The notes under the pieces: model-generated
What the model was told of the DNA's origin: nothing
Databases searched by the model: none
What the model saw: the letters and a program-made list of their open reading frames with translations, nothing else
In this document: positions 1 through 12,160 of the stretch, piece after piece
How the letters are laid out: each line of letters starts with the position of its first letter
How positions within the stretch are numbered: the first letter of the stretch is position 1
DNA from: Eledone cirrhosa
Lineage: Eukaryota
NCBI GenBank assembly: GCA_964016885.1
Contig: OZ024741.1
Location: forward strand, 44,888,001-44,952,000
Length of the DNA stretch: 64,000 bases
Reading direction: 5' to 3'
Translations under genes and position numbers: made by a program

Positions 1-199
1 ATCAATTGATTGGTTTGCCATATTTCAGTTAAAGGAGAAAAATGGGATATTACTGAACAGATTGAAAAAGTGTAAAACGTAATAAATAAAAGAAAAATAT
101 TTTCTGTATCTTTGATTTCTGAAATACAATTAGTAACTTAGACTGCCATAGTATGCAGTGTGTCTAAGTTATGATATTTTGTACAGACCTTCTTAATTA

Positions 200-1600
200 T
201 GTGTCTTATCTTTGGTGTTTATCTATTAAACTCAGCAAACCTTGTAGTCACTTTAGAGAAGGGGACATATAACTGGCTTTCTGATGTGAACATAACTGAA
301 CAGAACTGTTTCATCTTCAGAAGAAATCTTTATAAACATCTTTCAGCATTAGAACCACCATTTTGGAACTGTTTACTACCTGTATGATTTTTGCGTTAAG
401 CTCAGATACAATAAGGTCATTTAACCCATGAACAACATTACAACCTTTTGTTTTCGATCCATTTTCTATAGGAAGTATATAGTTGTTGAATTCCATTTTA
501 TTCCTCCTTTCAATATTGTCCATATGATTTGAAGGGCGTGTTTTAGGTTAGTTGAATTAATATTTTAACTTACGACAACCGTCTTTGATCAGGTGTCATG
601 TTTAGCGACAGATGTAGTCCCAACCCCGAATGATGACGTTTTCCCCAAAAGAAACGTATTTGAGACATCGATCGATTGTTATCATTTGATATTTGAATGG
701 GATTATAAGGGCCACTGAGTGGAAACGGTGAAACATGAGTAATTCATCCTAAATTATGTTATCACACTAAATTATCTAAGTTGCTTTCTCACACTGTATT
801 GATATATTGCATATAGCACAATGAACACGATGGAATCGAAGACAATTCAAAATGAGCAGCCTTACCCTCATCATGTGGCAAAGTAGCTACAACAGATGTG
901 GCTGTTGCTCTGACAATATTTGATTCTTTGCAAATATATAGGAGAATGACACTGTTAATGTATATCTAATGTTGAAACCTGAATCGCCTGAGTAATGACG
1001 CGGAAAGCTGACTGTTGACCGCTACTGGATTTTCTAAAGTTTTCACTGAAGCAATTTTCCGGGAAATCGTATTTTTTTTTCTTAGCTCTTGTTTGTATCA
1101 ATGTTTATATTGGGGTTCCGTGAAATGATTTAATGTTGAACGGTTTTATTCAATCTTCTGCGGATTATGTAGTAGTATACAATAATTTTATGCATAATGC
1201 ATATATTTGGCCTTCAGGAGGTTGAGGTTGAACAGTTGAAATAATTTATCTGGTTCAGTATGTTTTCAGCATAGAGCGATAGAGCAGAAAAACACTTCGC
1301 AGTTGATGCGTTTTCCTGAAACATCTGCTGCTTCCATTGCTTGGTAACATTTCCTGTAATCGTATGCTAAGCCCGATTTAAGTACTGCTTCTTTGTATAT
1401 AGGAATAATCCTACCATTAACTGTTATCTTATCCAGGAATTACGAAGCTCAAGGACAATAATGTTATACATATCGGATATAGAACTGTTCTTTAGGCGAA
1501 ATGATGTAGATGCCTCCGATTGAATGTTTTAGTGTTGTTAATATAGTATATAGTTCCATATACACTCTGTTATGCTTACTACTGATGTCAATTAATTATA
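200..1600 (-). pseudogene. Decayed Helitron PIF1-like helicase remnant
   Basis: Hand translation of the minus strand gives PIF1/Helitron helicase-like motifs in the expected order: IVRATATSVVATLPHDEGKAAH (~920-855, cf. AVASSGIAATLLPGGRTAH), DE..IDRCLKYVSFGENVIIRGWD (~750-615, cf. DRTLRD..FGGK..GDF), EFNNYILPIENG (~495-460) and FTSESQLYVPFSKVT (~292-248, cf. FSHGQLYVALSRV). Many stops and frameshifts; boundaries approximate. Confidence 0.6.
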
Positions 1601-1641
1601 TTCAGCCTAGTTCGCACTAAACGCAAATGACTATTTTAAAT

Positions 1642-1841
1642 NNNNNNNNNNNNNNNNNNNNNNNNNNNNNNNNNNNNNNNNNNNNNNNNNNNNNNNNNNN
1701 NNNNNNNNNNNNNNNNNNNNNNNNNNNNNNNNNNNNNNNNNNNNNNNNNNNNNNNNNNNNNNNNNNNNNNNNNNNNNNNNNNNNNNNNNNNNNNNNNNNN
1801 NNNNNNNNNNNNNNNNNNNNNNNNNNNNNNNNNNNNNNNNN
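1642..1841. other. Assembly gap (200 N)
   Basis: Run of N. Confidence 1.
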
Positions 1842-3313
1842 ATTGTAATATCAATATATCAAACAAGAAACAACAAACACACATGCTCACCGAGTCAAAA
1901 ACAAATAAAATTATATTAAATTAAATTATGTTACTCAGAAAAATCAAAATAATACAAGATCTACTTAAGTTAAATTTAAATTAAATTACGTATACTCTGT
2001 ATGGTAGTCAAAGAAAAATAGAAAGCACGTGTGTGTGTTGTTTTTAGAAGGGTATCACACGGTGAAAATAAACATGTTTAAAACGCTAATATATGTAAAA
2101 TATACTTCAAAATAATTGCGACAAGGCACAAAAGCTTATCATTTTTCTATGTTTTCCTTGTCTTCTTAAAAATTAAAGCAATACATAAATCCGATTACTG
2201 TCGATTTAAAATATTAAAATTTCAAATCTGGACGTTCAACAATTCACATCCTATACCAACAAGTTGCCAAGCCTATATATATATATATATTTTGATTTAG
2301 GATTTTTGATTTAGGATTTTAATTTTTATTTCCAACTCTCACTCATAACTTCCAATATAAAACCATGATACCTAGAATTACGTATATTTTCTCTTGGGAG
2401 TTGATGGTCAGTCGTACTGTCCATGCTTGGTGAGAGGTAGTATTGGGACCTGTAAAAACTAACACTCTCCCATCCCCTCTGGCTTTCGGCTGACTGCCAC
2501 AGACGGGACGGGTAGCAGTAAACTATGGTACAGGCCTAAGTGGGTCATTGTTTGGCTGAGAGGGTGAACTGACTAAGCGAATTTTCGTTGAAATCTGCGG
2601 TAGTTAATGGTCAACTTCCTTCGGACATGCGACTGCGCAGACCGGTGGGGGTGAATTGGTACTCACGGGGGAACGGATGAAGTACCCAAATACACACACT
2701 TCGTCCGTTCGATTCAACTTGGATTGCCTCGGAAACATAACCTTATTATGTAACAAGCTGTCTGATGATGTCACGACACTCGCACACAGAACAGTGTGGC
2801 CAGTGTCGTCATTGAAATATATATCACAGGATTATTATTAAAGGACTTGAACATCTGAAACTACTTCGCTTTTACTTATTCGATATATATAGTCACGCAT
2901 TTCAACACAACTCGGTCTCAATTTGACAATCGCCACGCACAGACGAATGCGAGAAAGTTCTCCAACCCAAGTTAACCAGGAATCTCTAAAATTCTTCCCA
3001 CCGAAGTTAACAAAGAACTTACTGGATCTACCAACTCATGATATTATAATATTATATTATAACATTAAATCATAAAATCATATATATACACACACACACA
3101 TATATGTAATATATATATATATAGAGATAGAGAGAATTTAGTATATCTACTAACATATGCGTACAGATGTACGCTAATGCTAGCAAATACATAAGTTATG
3201 TCATAGTACCTAGGTGGTTCAATGCAGGAGGATGCAGAACAATAATATGAAAAACGTAAAATAAGAAAATGTTTAAAAAAATTAAAAAAATTAACTTACT
3301 TACTAAAATTTTC

Positions 3314-3395
3314 ATTCCAACTAATTAGTTTCTGCAATGGGATAAAGACAGTTACGTAATATGACCGTTGAGAATTCATTGCGTCATCAGGGAGT
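3314..3395 (-). ncRNA. Type I hammerhead ribozyme motif
   Basis: Reverse complement reads actcc-CTGATGA-c-gcaatg..cattgc-a-GAAA-ctaattag-TT-ggaat. Confidence 0.65.
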
Positions 3396-4418
3396 CTATT
3401 CTCAGCTAAGTCTCCAGGCAATGCGCGGACACTGGGGACTCATATAAAAATAATAATAATTCGGTAGATGGAACAGCTAGCGGGGACTGGATTCCATGCC
3501 CTGAAAAGCTCGCTGTCTCTGGTCAAATGGCAAATTCTAAAGAATCAATCACGTGACACTGAGGCTAGTCGGAAGGAGTGGGATGGTAAGATGACAGAAG
3601 CCTACTACCACACCAATAAATTAGTAGTGGTTTTAGCAGGTTTGCTCAACAAATAAATAATTTGGAGATAAATATAGAGAATTTAGTATATCTACTAACA
3701 TATGCGTACAGATGTACGCTAATGTTAGCAAATACATAAGTTATGTCATAGTACCTAGGTGGTTCAATGCAGGAGGATGCAGAACAATAATATGAAAGAC
3801 GTAAAATAAGAAAATTTTTAAAGAAATTTAAAAAATTAACTTACTTACTAAAATTTTCACTCGAACTAATTAGTTTCTGCAATGGGATAAAGACAGTTAC
3901 GTAATATAACCGTCGAGAATTCATTGCGTTATCCATTGCAGAAACTAATTAGTTGGAGAGAAAATTTTAGTAAGTTAATTTTTTTAATTTTTTTTTAAAT
4001 TTTCTTATTTTACGTCTTTCATATTATTGTTCTGCATCCTCCTGCATTGAACCACCTAGGTACTATGACATAACTTATGTATTTGCTAGCATTAGCGTAC
4101 ATCTGTACGCATATGTTAGTAGATATACTAAATTCTCTACATTTATCTCCAAATTATTTATTTGTTGAGCAAACCTGCCAAAACCACTACTAATTCATTG
4201 GTGTGGTAGTAGGCTTCTGTCATCTTACCATCCCACTCCTTCCTACTAGCCTCAGTGTCACGTGATTGATTCTTTAGAATCTGCCATTTGACCAGAGACA
4301 GCGAGCTTTTCAGTGCATGGAATCCAGTCCCCACTAGCTGTTCCATCTACCGAATTATTATTATTTTTATATGAGTCCCCAGTGTCCGCGCATTGCCTGG
4401 AGACTCAGCTGAGAATAG

Positions 4419-4500
4419 ACTCCCTGATGACGCAATGAATTCTCGACGGTTATATTACGTAACTGTCTTTATCCCATTGCAGAAACTAATTAGTTGGAGT
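4419..4500 (+). ncRNA. Type I hammerhead ribozyme motif
   Basis: actcc-CTGATGA-c-gcaatg..cattgc-a-GAAA-ctaattag-TT-ggagt. Stem I actcc/ggagt, stem II gcaatg/cattgc, palindromic stem III, GUU cleavage triplet. Confidence 0.75.
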
Positions 4501-4688
4501 GAAAATGTTAGTAAGTTAATTTTTTAATTTTTTTTAAAAATTTTCTTCTTTTACGTCTTTCATATATATATATATATATATATATCGTTGACAAATATAT
4601 CAATATGCCTATACATGTAGATATATTGCCCTTGGTATGACAGTCTGGTTTTAGCTCAATGTAGGATAACTAGTATACTACAGAGCCG

Positions 4689-5243
4689 TTATAGTTATAG
4701 GAATAACCAGAGTGCTTAGAAATACATTGTTTTATTAGCTAACAGTCTTCCATCCATACGCCATACGTATTTCATCCATACGTATTTTTGTATTTATCTC
4801 TTTTCTTATCCCTGTATTTTTGTACTTTTTTATATTTTTTTTGTCATTTTCTTGTATTTTCTGATTGTTTCTGATCATGCTGAATAATACCCTCACTCTT
4901 CCGTTGCTATCCTTTCCCAACCTCTTTATCATCTATTGCACCATATAAGTGATACATTTTTTGTGTAACTTTTAATTTTTAATTTTTAAATTTTTAAGAA
5001 TTTTATGACATTATGTGCATCATGTATTATGTCATTTTCCTTATAGCGCTAGCCTCGGGACCCCCCTGGTGGTCATTTAAACTTGTTCTGGTGACGCAGC
5101 TCGATGAAGCATGCAACTACTGATATACTCATGTTTATAAGCTCTGAAGATTCCTGCCCTGGTGTATGGATGAAACACTGTTAGCTAATAAAACTATGTA
5201 TTTCTAAGCACTCTTTGGTTATTTGGTTATTCCTATAACTATA
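4689..5243 (+). mobile_element. Non-autonomous PLE-like element with inverted terminal arm
   Basis: 4689-4746 is the reverse complement of ~5177-5243. Contains a hammerhead followed by AATAAA and ends at (TA)n. Confidence 0.65.
5134..5192 (+). ncRNA. Minimal type I hammerhead ribozyme motif
   Basis: tttataagct-CTGAAGA-t-tcc..gga-t-GAAA-cactg-TT-agctaataaa. Stem I has 9 of 10 positions paired. Confidence 0.7.
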
Positions 5244-5263
5244 TATATATCTATATATATATA

Positions 5264-5594
<331 letters not shown>

Positions 5595-5886
5595 ATATAT
5601 ATACATACCAGCATTACGCTTCTATCTTTAGGGTTTCGTTCGCTTTTGGAAATATCCTATTAAGGATAAAATTCCAAGCTTCGAACTCATCAGGAAACAA
5701 ACTAATTTGGACAAAGAATTTTCTTAAGTGATCATCGCCAGAGTAAGGTACTCAATACTTAGCAGATTATAAAAGTGTTAATATAGAAGAGCTTCTACAG
5801 GACTAGAACTATTTCATTCGTGAGAAATCATGAAGCTTCCTGATGATTTCTCACGAATAAAACAGTTCTATTCATGTAGAGGCTCT

Positions 5887-6020
<134 letters not shown>

Positions 6021-6031
6021 TTATATAGAAA

Positions 6032-6205
<174 letters not shown>

Positions 6206-6969
6206 AGTGAGTGATATAGAGACAGGGGTGGAGAGAGGGGGATGGAGAGAGAGAGGCGGAGAGAGAATGATAAATAAATTGACAAGCTTCGGTGAATGCT
6301 CGCGCAAGAAACATAAGTCATGTCTGCAGGTAAATCGTGTTTGGTTCACCATAGTCTACTTGGATATTGATTTAATATTGCCTGATACATATCTGTATCT
6401 CGGTGCTTTGTCGTTTATTTTCGTGGCGTTATTTCATCAGCGATATTTTGAAGAATACGTTACCCTCTTTTCCCATGATCTTTATTTTTCCGGTATATTC
6501 GGTATATTTTTGAAATACAAGCATGGCTGTTTGGGGTAAAGGAAGAATTGTTTTTATATTCAATTATATGTCTTAAATTGTGGGATTGTTGAGGGTGGCT
6601 TGTTATGATCTCACTCTTTAGTCATTTTAAATATTGTGATAAAGCATCAGTTAGGCAATATATATGATGTGTTTCCTACATTGTACACATTATGTCACAT
6701 TCTCATGTCAAGGTTTTCATGTGATTTATATTATTTAAATTGGCATCTTATGTCACTCAATTTTCATAAAAATTTGATTTATATGTAGAGATCACAGGAA
6801 ACAGCAGTACTTTAAATAAACCATGCAACGATGGAGAACACGAGGATAAAGTTAACAATGTGGGCTTACGTGAGCTCACGCCGTCAGTCAAATTCCATAT
6901 TCTGTTGATGTGAACGCTCTAATTGAGATGGTTTTGTTGAGAATTAATCGCCAAACTCTAATGTTAGAA

Positions 6970-7236
6970 TCTTCTTCTTCTTCTTCTTCTTCTTCTTCTT
7001 CTTCTTCTTCTTCTTCTTCTTCTTCTTCTTCTTCTTTTTCTTCTTCTTCTTCTTCTTCTTCTTCTTCTTCTTCTTCTTCTTCTTCTTCTTCCCCTCCTCC
7101 TCCTTCTCCTCCTTCTTCTTCTTCTTCTTCTTCTTCTTCTTCTTCTTCTTCTTCTTCCCCTCCTCCTCCTTCTCCTCCTTCTTCTTCTTCTTCTTCTTCT
7201 TCTTCTTCTTCTTCTTCTTCTTCTTCTTCTTCTTCA
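6970..7236 (+). repeat. (TTC)n microsatellite with two (CCT) interruptions
   Basis: Seen directly. It may be the (GAA)n tail of the adjacent minus-strand repeat. Confidence 0.95.
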
Positions 7237-7445
7237 TCGTCTACGGTCACTTACTCCTGAGACGGTCTTGGGGAAGAGTAATCAAACACACCTACCGGGT
7301 TCTGTCAGAAGCAACCGTCTCCAACTCAAACAACTGAATCCCAATTCATGGATGTTATCCATCTATCTTGCTCAGTGTCAATCTTTGGGTTTCCTGCCTG
7401 TTGGTTTTGCCCGTAAAATCTGTCCAGTGATTCTTTCCTGAGAAA
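7237..7445 (-). repeat. Interspersed repeat related to 8495-8705 (SINE or LINE 3'-end-like, GAA-tailed)
   Basis: Shared blocks: cttactcctgaga, tcaaacac, ggttctg.cagaa.caaccgtct, tctttgggtttcct. Confidence 0.5.
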
Positions 7446-7567
7446 TTATTACCGAATGCACATAGTAATGCAGCAGTGATCTCTCAATTCACAAAAGTAG
7501 CGGCTCTACCTTGAGTGATTATTTGATCTCCAAGCCACTCACTCTATCGAGTTGCATTACTCTAAAG

Positions 7568-8426
7568 CAGCGGTTCTCAACCTTTTTTTCGCTGTGGACC
7601 ACCAAAATAAGTAATTTTTTCATGTGGACCACCTAAACTTTTAAATCTTTTGTAATAGAACTGCTACTTATAAGCATCAGTAGATGTTTTTTTTTTCTAT
7701 TATCATGTCGCAGTGCCTAAAAATCTACGCAAATAAACAGCTGAAGTCGTACTTATGCGAAGAATAAGAACAGTGCTTTAAGTCAAATGCATGGATAAAA
7801 AAAGAATTGGCTATTGCACCAAGCAACACATAACTTATTCGTTATTAATTTGAATTTTTTAGATTTTATATCTCAGCGACAAATATGAAGCATTGATGTT
7901 GAGAATAAGTTTCTACTTCTAATTAGTAAGATCGATTTGATTGGTCAATACCATTTTCACTTTGCAATGAAAGTTCCTTTTTTGTTCCCCTAAGGAACAT
8001 GTTTTAAGCACCAAGACATGTTTTAAGCACCAAACAAACAAATGAGAACACCAATAAGAAAATCAAGTTGAAAATGTCTGCTGTTCCGCTAGTAATCCTC
8101 AATTCAAAGGTCAGGTAGAAAACACGATCGTATCGACTGGCCGAGAACACGCGATTTGTTGTGTGTTTTTATGCGCGCTAACGTCTGTACTTGTCTGTAC
8201 TTGTCTGGTACGCGTCTGTGTATGATTGGATAGCTAATCGTCCAATAGGAAAGGCGTGCTCTCAAGTGCACTCACAGGTGCGAGGGGTGATGAGGCATGT
8301 TTCGTTTGTGTGACATGTGCGTGTACGGAAGAATTTAAATTTTTCAGGTTGTCCACAGAAAATATTCTGTGGAGCACCTGCATTTTTCTGTGGACCACTA
8401 GTGGTCCACATGGAGCAGGTTGAGAA
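7568..8426. mobile_element. Non-autonomous hAT (Charlie-like) DNA transposon
   Basis: Left end CAGCGGTTCTCAACCT, right end AGGTTGAGAA (outer bases decayed). Subterminal GTGGACCAC repeats at both ends. Confidence 0.6.
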
Positions 8427-9304
8427 AGAACATTCAGAGGGCTAATCCGGTAAAGAGCCATGTGTATCTGATTGGATAATGTATTATGTTCCTCTTATTC
8501 TTCTCCTTCGCCCACTTATTCCTGAGAGGGTTGTAGTGGAAATGATTCCTCAAACACTCCTTCCAGCTGGTTCTGGCAGAAACAACCGTCTTCAATTGAT
8601 CCTGCTGGATCACCGGGTGTGACCAGCCAGGCTCATGGATCATAGCCATCCATCTTATTCAGTGTCCATCTTTGGGTTTCCTAGCGTTTCATTCTACCCG
8701 TAATATCTCTCTACGGTTTTGCTACACTCTTAGAGAATTTATCTAGAAGAAACAAAACGTTGTTTCTTTAGCACAATCTATTTTGAAAGGTGTCAGTTCA
8801 AATCATTGATCGTCTTGTAGAAACTTACTTTGATTCCTCCATTGAATTGGACCATATAGATAAAAGTGCAATATTATCTGGTCAAACACTCAGTTGAAAA
8901 ATTTCTGAAGATATTGATTTTTCTGTCACTGATAAATTTTATAATATCGTTTATGTAAATTATGAAGAAAAGTTGGACAAATACAGAACCTTGAGGGAAA
9001 TCATTAATGAGGTTTCGTTGGTGGGTTTCAGAATAATCTGGCGACTACAATAATATATATAGGATTAGCGAATATTCACATATGTAAAAAGAGATTAGTA
9101 AATTTGACATTTTACCAGACAGTGGTCGTTGAAATGACATTTAATCCTATCGATATGAATTCGGAAATAATGAGGAATTTCAGGAAATTTAGTATTATAA
9201 CTAACTTTCTCGTCATTAAGCTGGTGATTAGAAGATAACTTATCAAAAATACAAGATGGAAGGATTTGAGGAAATTATAAACAAGTTAATATAATACAAT
9301 GTAC

Positions 9305-9550
9305 AAGGTGCGTGGATAACCTGTGTTTCGATTATTCGGCTAACAATCGTAAGGTTAGTTGCATATGCGTCGGCGCATTGTGTCTTTGAGCAGAATGCTT
9401 TATTTCATGGTGCTCCAGTGACTCAGCTGGTAAACAATAGTTGTATCTGTACTTCGAATGGCCAATCTTGTCACACCGAATCTCCGTGAGAACAATATTA
9501 AGGATACGCGTGTCTGTGGAATACTCGTCGTCAGAACCGACGGATTGCCA
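9305..9550 (+). mobile_element. Second SINE family, decayed (reverse-oriented relatives at ~44380-44580 and ~57140-57270)
   Basis: gtgtctttgagcagaatgctttatttcatggtgctccagtgactcagctgg matches the reverse complement of ggagcaacgtgaataaagtgtgttgcccaagaacat at ~44508-44545. Confidence 0.5.
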
Positions 9551-10370
9551 GTATACTATATATCAGAAGCAAGGACATGGGGATAAAATAATTTTAGCAT
9601 AGCTGATATATGGCTGGCAAATTAGATTTGAAAAGGAGTTCTGACATAAAATATAGTCATGTTTGAAACATAAATATTTGAAACTTTGTGTACAATAGAT
9701 GTCGAAAGAAAAAATTGATAGCTTCGTGAGAGAGGGAAATACAAGCTAATGTACGAGTATGGCCGATTGTTTCGACGCGTTGTCTATTAATTTATAATTA
9801 AAAGAGTGTGTAAACAAATATTTGGAATATATTCCATAGTAATCTTAGGATAATGAATACATGTTGAATATTTTCTAGATTCGTATGAATTGATGCTATC
9901 ATAAAATTATTTATGTCACCTATAATAATATAATAGTACTTACTAAATGTAGGAATCTATTTGAGTGTTCACATTGTATGTTCGTGTATTGCAGCGGCCA
10001 TCTGTTTTTGTTACAGAAAAGTTCGACAAGTATTTACTTTTCTTGACCATGTATTGTTTCCTTTTGTTAAAGGATTCTCCTATACTGTCTCTCTTTTGAT
10101 CATCTCCTAGTAGATAGAATGTGACAAACTACTGATGCAACAGTAGTACCGGTGTTATCGTTATACCACTAAAGGTATCGTAAGTTTGTAACGAAGCATA
10201 GAAACGACGGCAAAATAAGGGAGCATTCTTGTCCGTTTGTTCGTGTCGTTTTTGTGTTCTTGCCCACGTTTTATTATGAGTTCCATCATTGAAAACACAA
10301 GAAAATGTTGTTTGTATATATATATACATACACATATACATATATATACATATATATACATATACATGCA

Positions 10371-10406
<36 letters not shown>

Positions 10407-10500
10407 TATACATATACATATATATATATGGGAAAGTAAAAAACAACAACACAGGGGTAGAAGTTACGAAAGGTATTAGGTTCACGCTTATAGAGAGTGG

Positions 10501-10561
<61 letters not shown>

Positions 10562-10562
10562 T

Positions 10563-10632
<70 letters not shown>

Positions 10633-11079
10633 GGCTGCAACCCCTGCTAAGAGTATTGCAATCGCTTGCCCGATTACAGAATTTGGTGCATTTATTAGGC
10701 TACAACCAGCCACACGAGCCTGTAACATTCTGAACAAGCAATGCCTGTGCCTGGAAGGTGTTATAAGTGAGGAAAGGTCTTGCACTCGACCAACACTACC
10801 CGAAAATGAGAACTGGTCAACATCATCGGATGCTTCCGAAGTCGCAGGTTTTTTTTCAGATTGTCCCACTCCTAGGTAAAACAATATGTACTATATATAT
10901 ACTATATATACACCTATTTGATACATTTACCGGTAGACAGAATTAATTGATTGCATTTATTTATTTACGGTGTCTAAATAACCAGTAAACGTAAATATAA
11001 ACAGTAAGCCGCAAGACACATAAATGTATGCGACGTGCCACCAAACATTTTCCAAACTTCTCACATATAGTCAAATAAT

Positions 11080-11258
11080 TGTTTCTACTTTTGGCACAAG
11101 GCCAGCAATTACCCTGTGCATTACTGTTACTTTATTTTATCGATCCCGCAAGGATGAAAGGCAAAGTTAACCTCGGCGGGATTTGAAATCAGAATGGCAA
11201 GGGCCGTAACTCTATGCTGCAAAGCATGGTGTCCGACCCTCTGGCGATACTGCCAATC
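11080..11258 (-). mobile_element. tRNA-derived SINE
   Basis: Same family as 11827-12011. Confidence 0.85.
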
Positions 11259-11637
11259 ATTTCCCAAGTAGCCACGCAGGGGACTGAACATGAAAATATG
11301 AAACTATGTCTTCGCATTTAAAGTTATAATTAGAAAAGAGTTCACTTCAAATTATCATCTAGTTCAACTTCTATATTTCTATATGGCAATAGTTTCCAAT
11401 CCAAATTAGATTTGATACAATCCATTATTCAAAATAGATCTTTATCATATCTGAATTTAATAAAACAGTTATTAATATAATAAATAATATTAGAATAAAA
11501 ATGTAAGAAAGAAGAAATAACAAAAAAAAAAAACAATAAAATATGTTCCTGGCATTTTGTATTTTTCTGATTTGATATCTCTCTATCTATCTATCTACCT
11601 GTCATCTATCCATTTGTTATTAAATCTATTTATAGAA

Positions 11638-12011
11638 GGCGGTGGATTGGCAGTATCAGTAGAGTCGGACACCATGCTTTGAAGCATAGAGTTACGTCCC
11701 TTTATGATCTGAGTTCAAATATCGCTGAGGTTAACTTTGCCTTTCATCCTTACGGGGTCGATAAAATAAAGTACCAGTAATATACTGGGTATTTGCTGGC
11801 CTTGTGCCTAAAATAGAAACAACTAAGGGCGGTGGATTGGCAGTATCGGTAGAGGGTCGGACGCCATGCTCTCCAGCATAGTTACGTCCCTTTACGATCT
11901 GAGTTCAAATCCCGCCGCGGTTGACTTTGCCTTTCATCCTTACGGGGTCGATAAAATAAAGTACCAGTAATGCACTGGGTATTTGCTGGCCTTGTGCCTA
12001 AAGTAGAAACA
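11638..12011 (+). mobile_element. Two tandem tRNA-derived SINEs (11638-11821, 11827-12011)
   Basis: A box TGGCAGTATCGG, B box GAGTTCAAATCC, central GCCTTTCATCCTTACGGGGTCGATAAA (MetaSINE-like domain, from memory), tail GGCCTTGTGCCTAAAGTAGAAACA. TSD attaaatcta(t/a)ttata at 11619-11634 and 12012-12027. Confidence 0.9.
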
Positions 12012-12160
12012 ATTAAATCTAATTATATATCTATCGATCTGTTTATCTATATATCGAAGTGTCTATCTATATATTTATCCATCTATCTATCTGTCAATAT
12101 ATCTATTTGTCTATCTATCTATCTATCTATCCATCTATCTATCTATCTATCTATCTATCT

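Larger units (their letters stand above)
3131..4561. mobile_element. Non-coding ~545-bp unit in tandem plus inverted (fold-back) arrangement with hammerhead motifs; PLE/retrozyme-like
   Basis: 3131-3675 is repeated directly from 3676 to ~3930. 3934-4561 is the reverse complement, again with a ~540-bp period. Flanked by TA-rich microsatellite. Confidence 0.8.

Noticed and set aside
1627-1890. ORFs spanning the N run
   Set aside because: Artefacts of the assembly gap.
3468-4346. Twin 62-aa ORFs on opposite strands
   Set aside because: A by-product of the inverted repeat, with no recognisable domain.
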